DNA of 64,000 bases from Gammaproteobacteria bacterium (GTDB taxonomy: Bacteria; Pseudomonadota; Gammaproteobacteria; GCA-001735895): assembly GCA_024763505.1 (NCBI GenBank), contig JANTFI010000002.1, positions 9,990 through 73,989 on the forward strand. Reading direction: 5' to 3'. Shown here in pieces: positions 11,063 to 19,764 of this stretch; the stretch's first letter is position 1; every line of letters begins with the position of its first letter. The notes under the pieces are model-generated. The model searched no databases. It was given only the letters and a program-made list of their open reading frames with translations, and was not told the DNA's origin. The translations under genes were made by a program, and so were the position numbers.

Positions 11063-11638
11063 TCACTCCAGCAACGGTCTTAGTTCCTTGTCAATTGCAT
11101 CTCTGGCACGAAATATTCGTGACCGGACGGTGCCGATCGGGCAATCCATGACACCGGCGATCTCTTCATAGCTGAGGCCTTCCAGTTCACGCAAGGTGAT
11201 TGCGGTCTTCAGGTCTTCCGGCAGTTTTTCGATCGCGCGAAAAACCGTTTGCTTGATTTCATCTGTCAGCATCAGACTTTCCGGCGTGGTATTGTCCTTC
11301 AAACGGCTGTCGCCGTCATAGTGTTCGGCATCTTCCACTTCTACTGAATAGGTCGGTGATTTGCGGCTGCGCGCAGCCAGATGATTCTTCGCGGTGTTCG
11401 CTGCAATCCGGTACAGCCAGGTATAAAACTGGCTGTCTCCGCGAAAATTTCCCAGCGCTCGATACGCCTTGATAAAGGTCTCCTGCGCCACGTCGTAACA
11501 CTCTGACTGGTCTGACACGAAGCGGGAAATCAAGTTCACGACTTTTTGCTGGTATTTCATCACCAGAATATCAAACGCAGCCTTGTCTCCCTGCTGTACC
11601 CGCTTGACTAATTCGCTATCTAACTCTGCAGACCCCAT
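11063..11638 (-). CDS. rpoE: RNA polymerase sigma-24 factor RpoE/AlgU
   Basis: 191 aa ECF sigma factor with region 2 (YRIAANTAKNHL) and region 4. Head of the rpoE-rseABC-degP cluster. Confidence 0.9.
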   Translation of the reverse strand: MGSAELDSELVKRVQQGDKAAFDILVMKYQQKVVNLISRFVSDQSECYDVAQETFIKAYRALGNFRGDSQFYTWLYRIAANTAKNHLAARSRKSPTYSVEVEDAEHYDGDSRLKDNTTPESLMLTDEIKQTVFRAIEKLPEDLKTAITLRELEGLSYEEIAGVMDCPIGTVRSRIFRARDAIDKELRPLLE

Positions 11639-11714
11639 TCAAAACCCTGTTGTTTTCAGTATCAATCGTTGCATCCGGCTGAACGTCATTTTAGCGGAGC
11701 ATTTTTCTGGCCGA

Positions 11715-11741
11715 TAAGACCGCCAATATATCAAAAGATTC
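11715..11741 (-). promoter_or_regulatory. candidate sigma-E-type autoregulatory promoter upstream of rpoE
   Basis: On the minus strand, GAATCTT-N15-TCTTA lies about 80 bp upstream of the rpoE ATG. It partially matches the sigma-E consensus GGAACTT-N15/16-TCTGA/TCAAA. Confidence 0.25.
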
Positions 11742-11828
11742 TCGACAACAGGAAAATTAATCCCGTCGTGGCGTTTTTGCTCCAATCGAGACATACTTTG
11801 CACATGACTATTTACAAGCCCCCGATCC

Positions 11829-13451
11829 ATGAGTAAACAGTTTCAATTCGATGTCGTCATTGTTGGTGCCGGTGCCGCGGGTATGACCCTGGCCCTGCAA
11901 TTGCCCGAAACCGTATCGGTGGCGATACTGGCCAAAGACAGTGAGCAGCAGTGCTCCACCTATTTCGCCCAGGGCGGCATCTCGGCCGTGCTGGAACAGG
12001 ATGACTCTTTCGAACTGCATGTCGAGGATACGCTCAACGCCGGCGCCGGTCTGTGCGAAATCGAAACAGTCAAAATGGTAGCCGAGTCGGCACCCGAGGT
12101 AATCGAATGGCTGGCTGACCTCGGCATGCCGTTTACCAAGGATCGTCAGGAAGTCACCGCAAGCGGCTATCACCTGACCCGTGAAGGCGGGCACAGCCGC
12201 CGCCGTGTGGTGCACGCCGCCGATGCCACCGGCAAGGCGATGCAAAAAACCCTGCACGCCCATGTCATGGAGCGCGATAATATCCAGTTGTTCGAATACA
12301 CCGTAGCAATCGATCTGATTACCCGTGAACAGCATTGTGTGGGATTGTACGCCTACAACAAGATCAACCATCAAGTTTCGGTTTTCGCCGCCAGAAAAAT
12401 CGTGCTGGCAAGCGGTGGTGCGAACAAGGTGTATCTGTATACCAGCAACCCCGATGGCTCTACCGGTGACGGCATCGCAATGGCCTGGCGTGCCGGTTGT
12501 CGTGTCGCTAATATGGAATTTATCCAGTTCCACCCGACTTGCCTGTTCCACCCCGAAGCCAAATCCTTTTTGATCAGCGAAGCACTACGTGGTGAAGGCG
12601 CTATTTTGCGACTACCGGATGGCTCTCGCTTTATGCACCGCTTCGATGAGCGTGGCGAACTGGCACCACGTGATATCGTCGCACGCGCCATTGATCATGA
12701 AATGAAACGACTCGGCGCTGACTGCCTGTATCTGGATATCACCCATAAAAAACCGGCATTCATCAAGTCGCATTTTCCGAACATTTACGAAAAATGCCGC
12801 GAATTTGATATCGACATCACGCGCCAGCCAATTCCGGTGGTGCCGGCCGCACACTACACTTGTGGCGGCATCATGATCGACCTCAACGGCCAGACTGATG
12901 TGGAAAATCTGTACGCCATCGGTGAGGTATCCTATTCCGGTCTGCATGGTGCCAACCGCATGGCCAGCAACTCGTTGCTCGAATGCCTGACCTATGCCAT
13001 GGCAAGCGCCCGCCATATCCAGCAAACGCTGCCGCAAACCACTGCGCCGGGTCGCCTCAAACAGTGGGATGAATCTCTGGTGACCGATTCCGACGAAGAA
13101 GTCGTGGTTGCTCATAACTGGGATGAGTTGCGCCACTTCATGTGGGATTACGTTGGCATCGTACGTACCAACAAACGCCTGCAACGTGCGCTCAACCGGG
13201 TTTATCTGCTCAAACGCGAAATCGACGAATATTACGGTAATTTTCGGGTCACCTCGGATTTGCTGGAATTGAGAAACCTGGTCGATGTCGCCGAATTGAT
13301 TATCCGGTCTGCACTGGCAAGGCATGAAAGTCGCGGCTTGCACTTTACGCTGGATTTCCCGGAAACCATGAAAAAAGCAACCGCCACCATCCTGACTCCG
13401 GAAGCCAGAGAACCCGACACGGATCAAGCGGTTCGATTGATCACTTCCTGA
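11829..13451 (+). CDS. nadB: L-aspartate oxidase
   Basis: FAD-binding VVIVGAGAAG and succinate dehydrogenase/fumarate reductase-like flavoprotein motifs. Divergent from rpoE as in Pseudomonas. Confidence 0.9.
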   Translation: MSKQFQFDVVIVGAGAAGMTLALQLPETVSVAILAKDSEQQCSTYFAQGGISAVLEQDDSFELHVEDTLNAGAGLCEIETVKMVAESAPEVIEWLADLGMPFTKDRQEVTASGYHLTREGGHSRRRVVHAADATGKAMQKTLHAHVMERDNIQLFEYTVAIDLITREQHCVGLYAYNKINHQVSVFAARKIVLASGGANKVYLYTSNPDGSTGDGIAMAWRAGCRVANMEFIQFHPTCLFHPEAKSFLISEALRGEGAILRLPDGSRFMHRFDERGELAPRDIVARAIDHEMKRLGADCLYLDITHKKPAFIKSHFPNIYEKCREFDIDITRQPIPVVPAAHYTCGGIMIDLNGQTDVENLYAIGEVSYSGLHGANRMASNSLLECLTYAMASARHIQQTLPQTTAPGRLKQWDESLVTDSDEEVVVAHNWDELRHFMWDYVGIVRTNKRLQRALNRVYLLKREIDEYYGNFRVTSDLLELRNLVDVAELIIRSALARHESRGLHFTLDFPETMKKATATILTPEAREPDTDQAVRLITS

Positions 13452-13617
13452 GACTGAAGATGCAGACTTTTCTACATACACCGGTTTTCATTAAGCTGGA
13501 TCTTTCAACAGGCAGGCAATATCAATTATTGGCCGGATATACTTTCCGCAACATACTGCCCACTGCCGAAGTTTTCCTGTTATTCAATCAGACCCGGGTT
13601 GGGTCATCGGTCAACCC

Positions 13618-14034
13618 ATGATTTTCCAATATCCGTTCCGTGTACAGACTCGCCCGCGTTCAACCCGGGATGTGACTGAGCATCTACAACAAGCAATCCG
13701 TCAAAGTGGAATCAGACAAGGTCTTTGCCACGCCTTTATCCACCATACCAGCGCTTCTCTGATCATTACTGAAAATGCCGACCCGGACGTACGCCGGGAC
13801 CTCGAATATTTCCTGTCGAAGCTGGTAATTGATGGTGACCCGGGCTATCGTCATATCCTCGAAGGCAAGGACGACATGAGTGCACATATACGGAGCGTAT
13901 TGACTCAAACCGAAGTATCCATACCTGTCATAGAATCCCGAATCGGGCTTGGCACATGGCAAGGCTTGTTTCTATGGGAACACAGAGACCAGTCTCATCA
14001 ACGCCGTATCACCCTCACCCTGACCGGGGAATAA
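13618..14034 (+). CDS. yjbQ: YjbQ/UPF0047-family protein (secondary thiamine-phosphate synthase-like)
   Basis: 138 aa. Conserved HTSASL and DPDVRRDLE...GHRH motifs of the YjbQ family. Confidence 0.7.
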   Translation: MIFQYPFRVQTRPRSTRDVTEHLQQAIRQSGIRQGLCHAFIHHTSASLIITENADPDVRRDLEYFLSKLVIDGDPGYRHILEGKDDMSAHIRSVLTQTEVSIPVIESRIGLGTWQGLFLWEHRDQSHQRRITLTLTGE

Positions 14035-14191
14035 CCCCGCTTTCTACAATAAATTTCATTGATAGTGGTATTTCGCACATCCATTGTCATATCCCTACGG
14101 ATTGAATTATCATAATCGGCTATTTTGGCCAGTGGCTGCGTTTACAAGACGGCCCGGTCTGCATAAAACAAACCAGAAAAGGGGGTTCTTC

Positions 14192-16123
14192 ATGGCACAG
14201 TCTGAGTTTACATTTAGAAGATACAAAGACGGAGATCATCGTTACCACTCGATGAGCGAAGACATCTTCGAACAGGACACGACTTACAAATGCCCGACCT
14301 ACGTCAACCGAACCCCGCCCTGTCAGGGTAGTTGCCCTTCCGGAGAAGATATTCGCGGCTGGCTCAGCATCGTGCGCGGCATCGAGAAGCCGGCTGAAGG
14401 CCAGGATAAATTCGAATACGCTTTTTACCGTTCCACTGATGCCAACCCGTTTCCCGCCATCATGGGACGTGTTTGTCCCGCACCGTGTCAGGAAGGCTGC
14501 AACCGCAACGAAGTGGAAGACTTTGTCGGCATCAATTCGGTCGAACAATTCATCGGTGATACCGCGCGTGAAATAGGCTTGAAATTTGCCAATAACGCAA
14601 AAGACAGTGGCAAACATGTCGGCATCATCGGTGGCGGTGTGGGCGGCCTCGCCTGCGCTTATCAGTTACGCCGCATGGGACACGCGGTCACAGTGTATGA
14701 CAACCACAAGGAACTCGGTGGCATGATGCGCTATGGCATACCCGGCTATCGCACCCCGCGTGATGTCATGGACCATGAAATCACACGCATTCTCGAGATG
14801 GGCGTAGAAGTCAGTCTGAACACCTTCGTCGGCAAGGACATCAGCATGGACGAGTTGCGCCAAAAACACGATGCCGTGGTCATCGCCATTGGTGCCCAGG
14901 CCGGACGCAATATCCCGATTCCCGGCGGCGATGCGCCCAACTGCATCACCGGTGTCGCGTTTCTGGATGCCTACAATGACGGACGCCTCAAGGCAGTCTC
15001 CAAAAAGGTCGTGGTCATCGGCGGTGGTGATACCGCTATGGACGTGGTCTCGGTGGCACGTCGTCTCGGCCACATCAAGAATATCCATGAGAACGATCGC
15101 CCCGAAAACGTGGTGCTGAACCAGACCGCTCAAGATGTCGCCGTCACCGCAAGCAAGGAAGGCGCGGACGTCATTCTGGCGTATCGCCGCCCGGTCGATC
15201 AAATGCCAGCCGCACTGCACGAAGTCGAAGCGGCCGAACGCGAAGGCGTCGAACTGCGCGGTAGTCTGGTACCGGTGTGCGTTGTCAAGGGCGACGATGG
15301 CCGTGCCCGCGCCCTGCGCGTTGCCAAAGCCGACTGGAGCAATGGCCAGATGGACATCATCGAGGGCTCCGAACATGAAATCGAGTGCGACCTGATCGTT
15401 TCGGCGATTGGGCAAGGCGGCGACCTGACCGGCATGGAATATCTCGACAATGGACGTGGCCTGATCGATGCTGATAAATATTATCAAGTACCCAACGAAG
15501 AAGGTCTGTTCGTGATCGGCGACATCGTGCGCCCTCACCTGTTGACGACCGCCATTGGCCAGGCCTCGGTCGCGGCTGACAGTATCGACCACTTCCTGTC
15601 GCATCAAAACTATGGCAAACGCCCAAAAGTCGATGTACATCACTTCGATCTGCTGCAGAAACTGCACGAAACGGACCTGGAACCCAAACCTTATACCCAC
15701 GAAGAAGTCTGGGGAACCAGCGAAGCCGATTTCGCCATCCACAATTATGAAGACCGCTCGCAGCAGGAAATCATCCCGGCTGAAAAACTGTTTCTCGGGC
15801 ATTTCGAAAAGACACCGCGCCATCTGCGCCCGGAATCTTTAATCGAATCCGACAATGTCATCGATTCTTATGAAGAGCGCTTTCAGGGGCTGGCCGAACA
15901 GGATGCCGTCGACGAAGCCGAACGCTGCATGAGTTGCGGCATGTGTTTCGAATGCGACAATTGCGTGATTTACTGCCCGCAAGATGCCGTGCACCGCACA
16001 AAAAAAGATCAGTCCACGCTGGGGCGCTATGTATTCACCGATTATTCGCGTTGTATTGGCTGCCATATCTGCTCTGATGTCTGCCCGACCGGTTACATCA
16101 ATATGGCGATGGGCGAACACTAG
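14192..16123 (+). CDS. GltD-family NAD(P)H-dependent Fe-S flavoprotein oxidoreductase with C-terminal 2x[4Fe-4S] ferredoxin domain (DsrL/SudA-like architecture)
   Basis: N-terminal Cys clusters typical of the glutamate synthase small subunit (CPTYVNRTPPCQGSCPSGE, VCPAPCQEGCNRN). Two dinucleotide-binding folds (GIIGGGVGGLACAY, VVVIGGGDTAMDV). C-terminal ferredoxin motifs (CMSCGMCFECDNC...CP, CIGCHICSDVCP). Start set at the ATG at 14192 after AAAGGGGG; the ORF track extends upstream. Confidence 0.7.
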   Translation: MAQSEFTFRRYKDGDHRYHSMSEDIFEQDTTYKCPTYVNRTPPCQGSCPSGEDIRGWLSIVRGIEKPAEGQDKFEYAFYRSTDANPFPAIMGRVCPAPCQEGCNRNEVEDFVGINSVEQFIGDTAREIGLKFANNAKDSGKHVGIIGGGVGGLACAYQLRRMGHAVTVYDNHKELGGMMRYGIPGYRTPRDVMDHEITRILEMGVEVSLNTFVGKDISMDELRQKHDAVVIAIGAQAGRNIPIPGGDAPNCITGVAFLDAYNDGRLKAVSKKVVVIGGGDTAMDVVSVARRLGHIKNIHENDRPENVVLNQTAQDVAVTASKEGADVILAYRRPVDQMPAALHEVEAAEREGVELRGSLVPVCVVKGDDGRARALRVAKADWSNGQMDIIEGSEHEIECDLIVSAIGQGGDLTGMEYLDNGRGLIDADKYYQVPNEEGLFVIGDIVRPHLLTTAIGQASVAADSIDHFLSHQNYGKRPKVDVHHFDLLQKLHETDLEPKPYTHEEVWGTSEADFAIHNYEDRSQQEIIPAEKLFLGHFEKTPRHLRPESLIESDNVIDSYEERFQGLAEQDAVDEAERCMSCGMCFECDNCVIYCPQDAVHRTKKDQSTLGRYVFTDYSRCIGCHICSDVCPTGYINMAMGEH

Positions 16124-16198
16124 ACAGCGATCCACTTTTTTGCAGCTTGATACCCCTGGTATCCGGCTTTTTTGTTGTATTGATAATGAGGAAAACAC

Positions 16199-16840
16199 AT
16201 GAAACTGATTTTATTGGGCGCCCCCGGCGCAGGTAAAGGTACCGTAGCCAAACTGCTGACCAAGATGGATGGCTCGGTACAAATCTCGACCGGTGATATC
16301 CTGCGTGGTGCGGTCGCAGCCGGCACCGAACTGGGCAAGCAAGCCGAAGCCGCGATGAAAGCCGGAGACCTGGTCTCGGATGACTTGATCATGGGCATCA
16401 TGAAAGATCGTCTGCAGGAAGATGACTGCAAGAACGGCTATCTTTTGGATGGCTTTCCACGCACAATCCCACAGGCAGAAGCATTGAAAAAACTGCTCGC
16501 CGATATGGGCGAAGAACTGGATTTCGTTGTCAACATCGATGTACCACGTGATGTGATTCTCGACCGCTTGACCACCCGTCGTACCTGTGAAGACTGTGGT
16601 GCCATTTACAATGTAAAATCCAACCCGACCAAGGTCGAAGGTGTTTGTGACGCCTGTGGTGGCAAGGTCGTTCAGCGTGATGATGAAACCGAAGAAGCCA
16701 TCAGCAACCGTCTCGATGTGTACAATGAAAAAACCGCACCGCTGGCTGACTTTTATGAAAAGGAAGGCATGCTGTTAACGGTTTCCGCGACTTCGAGCGA
16801 TGCTGTGATCGATGCGATCAAGGAAAAACTGGGCAAGTAA
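16199..16840 (+). CDS. adk: adenylate kinase (zinc-binding LID variant)
   Basis: P-loop GAPGAGKGT; NMP-binding ISTGDILR; LID domain with a C-x2-C-x16-C-x2-C zinc knuckle. Confidence 0.9.
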   Translation: MKLILLGAPGAGKGTVAKLLTKMDGSVQISTGDILRGAVAAGTELGKQAEAAMKAGDLVSDDLIMGIMKDRLQEDDCKNGYLLDGFPRTIPQAEALKKLLADMGEELDFVVNIDVPRDVILDRLTTRRTCEDCGAIYNVKSNPTKVEGVCDACGGKVVQRDDETEEAISNRLDVYNEKTAPLADFYEKEGMLLTVSATSSDAVIDAIKEKLGK

Positions 16841-16854
16841 GCAACCACCCGGTG

Positions 16855-16887
16855 CAAAAAAGCCGGCACGAAGCCGGCTTTTTTTTA
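16855..16887 (+). terminator. Rho-independent terminator downstream of adk
   Basis: A-run, hairpin AGCCGGC-acgaa-GCCGGCT, then T8. Confidence 0.7.
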
Positions 16888-17332
16888 CCCGGAAAACACC
16901 TTGTACCTGGATATTCTGGCTTACCAAAGCAAGCATTCCCCACTCGTGAACCTTTAACCGGTTTACATTAATCATAACAGGGCGTTTCGTGATCTGTTGA
17001 CGTCAATGATATCCATCCTGGCGACCGCTAATCAAATGGGTTTGCAGTATCCACTCAGGGTACAGATTCCAGCCGCGTAATGACTCTTTGCTGCGTTATG
17101 GTTACAGAACCGGAATTTGGAACAGGACTTGAGGTAAGCATATAAACAATGTTTGTCTACCGTATTGAAAAAACCTTCGAGCGCTTGAAACTATCTGTTT
17201 TCAATCTATCCTTTAGCCTGTTACATTGGACCGCCGAATTCGCTGGCAGTGATCAGAAAACACCGGTGTACCAGCCGAGAGACTTTGATGAACACTATAA
17301 ACACAGAAACACCAACGGGTAATGAGGATTGA

Positions 17333-18694
17333 ATGAACAAAAATAACGGCAAAGAATACACGGCCCAGTGGGAACAGGCTTTCGACAAGGTGCTGTCGCC
17401 TCTGGAAGACTTTATCCATCGCCAGACCACCAGTGGTGTTTTACTCATGTTGTGTGCCATTGTGGCACTGTATCTGGCCAACAGCCAGTGGAGCGAAGCC
17501 TACCTGCACCTGTTGCACGTTCCCTTTACCATCGGTTTCCCCGGTTTCCAGTTATCCAAGTCACTGCATCACTGGATCAACGATGGCCTGATGGCGATCT
17601 TTTTCTTTGTGGTCGGACTCGAGTTGAAACGCGAAATTCTGGTCGGCGAACTGGCCGATATCAAGCAAGCCATGTTCCCCATCATCGCTGCGATCGGTGG
17701 CATGGTGGTGCCGGTCGCCATTTACATCAGCATCAACCCCGAAGGGCCAGCCTCCAAGGGCTGGGGGATTCCGATGGCGACTGACATCGCCTTCGCACTG
17801 GGTGCTCTGGCCTTGCTGGGCAAACGCATTCCCGCCAATCTGCTGACCTTTCTGGTCGCACTGGCAATCGTCGATGACCTCGGTGCGGTCATTGTCATCG
17901 CCCTGTTTTACACCGATACCTTGAATATCCCTGCACTGATCACCGTGGGCATCATGCTGTTTGTTCTGATCAGTCTCAATCTGGGTGGAATTCGCCGCTC
18001 CCTTCCCTATATTCTGTTTGGCATTATCATGTGGGTTGCGATGCTGAAAAGTGGCGTACATGCGACTCTGGCCGGTATTCTGCTGGCCTTTACCATCCCG
18101 ATCCGACCGAAATATGACGCTGAACGCCTTATTCAGCACGTTCAGGAAAAAATGGGGCAAATCAAACAGGCTTTTCAAAAAGACGCCAATATCGTCAATA
18201 ACCATGAGCTGCGTTCACAGGTGCAGGCACTCGGAGAAGGTGTCAATCTGGTGCAGGCGCCGGCCCAGTTGCTGGAACGCAGATTGCACCTGCCTTCGGC
18301 CTATCTGGTCATCCCGATCTTCGCACTGGCCAATGCCGGTATCCCGATCGACATTTCAGCGCTGGGTGCTACGATCACTCACCCGGTGTCTCTGGGCATT
18401 GCCGGCGGGCTGGTAATCGGCAAATTGATCGGTATCGTCGGTTTCTCCTGGCTGGCGGTAAAAATGAGCATGGTGTCGCTGCCGAGCGGGCTGAATTTCA
18501 AACACATTATCGGGGTCGGCCTGATGGGTGGCATTGGTTTTACGATGTCGATTTTCATCGCCGAGCTGGGCTTTGCCGGAGCGCCTACTGAGTTGCTGAT
18601 GGCCAAGAGCGGGGTCTTGCTGGCTTCGCTGGTGGCGGGTGTTTCGGGCTTTATCTGGTTGTATCTGACATCTTCCCAAGCAAAACCGGAATGA
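17333..18694 (+). CDS. nhaA: Na+/H+ antiporter NhaA
   Basis: 453 aa, 12-TM protein with NhaA signature regions (FFFVVGLELKRE, IVDDLGAVIVIA). Confidence 0.9.
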   Translation: MNKNNGKEYTAQWEQAFDKVLSPLEDFIHRQTTSGVLLMLCAIVALYLANSQWSEAYLHLLHVPFTIGFPGFQLSKSLHHWINDGLMAIFFFVVGLELKREILVGELADIKQAMFPIIAAIGGMVVPVAIYISINPEGPASKGWGIPMATDIAFALGALALLGKRIPANLLTFLVALAIVDDLGAVIVIALFYTDTLNIPALITVGIMLFVLISLNLGGIRRSLPYILFGIIMWVAMLKSGVHATLAGILLAFTIPIRPKYDAERLIQHVQEKMGQIKQAFQKDANIVNNHELRSQVQALGEGVNLVQAPAQLLERRLHLPSAYLVIPIFALANAGIPIDISALGATITHPVSLGIAGGLVIGKLIGIVGFSWLAVKMSMVSLPSGLNFKHIIGVGLMGGIGFTMSIFIAELGFAGAPTELLMAKSGVLLASLVAGVSGFIWLYLTSSQAKPE

Positions 18695-18696
18695 TG

Positions 18697-19764
18697 CTAT
18701 TTCCGTGATGCCGTTGTTTCGGCACGCGGAAACACCACCAGATGGTCAAACTCCAGCCGGATGCCGATCGCTTCATTGATTTTATGATCGTGGTGACTGG
18801 GCACCAGTGACATCACTTCGATGCCACTGGGCATACGCAGGGTGTAGAGAAAATCCGAACCGCGAAAGGCACGCTCGACCACGATTGCGGTATCTTCGGC
18901 ACTATCGTCATGCACGATGTCATCCGGCCGAATCAACACATCGACCGGGCAACCTGGCTTGCAGCCATCCGGCACCAGTCCGTGAATATTGCCCAGTTCG
19001 GTATTGACGGTATTACCACCGACCACCATGCCCGGCACGATCACCCCTTCACCGATAAAATCCGCCACAAAACGATTGGCCGGTTTGTGATACAGGTTAT
19101 AGGCACTGTCATGCTGCTGGATCACGCCTTCATTCATGACGCAGATTTCATCGGCCATAGCAAAGGCTTCATTCTGGTCATGGGTGACCAGAATCGCGGT
19201 GATATTTTCCTGTTTGAGAATATGCCTCACCTCGCGTGCCAATTGTTCGCGCAATTCCACATCCATGCTGGAAAAGGGTTCATCCAGCAACAGAATCGAG
19301 GGCCGCGGCGCCATCGCCCGTGCCAGTGCCACCCGCTGCTGCTGACCACCCGACAATTGGTGCGGGTAAGCCTGAGCCGAGGTCGGCATACCGATCATCG
19401 CCAGTAATTCCTGGCTGCGTGACAACTGCTCTTTTTTCGACCAGCCACGCAAGCCGAAACAGATATTTTCCTGCACGGTGAGATTCGGAAACAGAGCGAA
19501 ATCCTGAAACACCATACCGATGTTGCGCCGTTCCGGTGGCGTATTTCGCTTCCTGTCGCTGACCACCTGCTGGTCGATCAGTATTTGGCCGCTGGACGGG
19601 CGTTCAAACCCGGCGATGGTGCGCAGTACCGTGGTCTTGCCGCAACCACTGGGGCCGAGCAGACAACCGATGCGCCCCTCCGACAGAGAAAATGACAGAT
19701 CGGAAATAATTTGTTTACTGCCATAGCAGACATCGATATGGCTGACTTCGAGACGATGTTTCAT
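18697..19764 (-). CDS. fbpC: ABC transporter ATP-binding protein, Fe(3+)/PotA type
   Basis: Walker A GPSGCGKTT, signature LSGGQQQRVALARA, Walker B LLLDEP, C-terminal TOBE-like domain. Overlaps the permease gene by 4 bp. Confidence 0.75.
   Translation of the reverse strand: MKHRLEVSHIDVCYGSKQIISDLSFSLSEGRIGCLLGPSGCGKTTVLRTIAGFERPSSGQILIDQQVVSDRKRNTPPERRNIGMVFQDFALFPNLTVQENICFGLRGWSKKEQLSRSQELLAMIGMPTSAQAYPHQLSGGQQQRVALARAMAPRPSILLLDEPFSSMDVELREQLAREVRHILKQENITAILVTHDQNEAFAMADEICVMNEGVIQQHDSAYNLYHKPANRFVADFIGEGVIVPGMVVGGNTVNTELGNIHGLVPDGCKPGCPVDVLIRPDDIVHDDSAEDTAIVVERAFRGSDFLYTLRMPSGIEVMSLVPSHHDHKINEAIGIRLEFDHLVVFPRAETTASRK

Noticed and set aside
11684-11713. GAACGT-N17-TTTCTG sigma-E-like motif on the plus strand pointing toward nadB
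   Set aside because: It is a weak match. nadB is not an expected sigma-E target, and it was probably found by chance in an AT-rich divergent promoter region.
13590-13620. GGGTTG-N11-CAACCC hairpin overlapping the yjbQ start codon
   Set aside because: It has a short stem and no U-run, and it overlaps the RBS and start region. It could modestly affect translation, but it is not a terminator and the evidence is too weak to call a feature.
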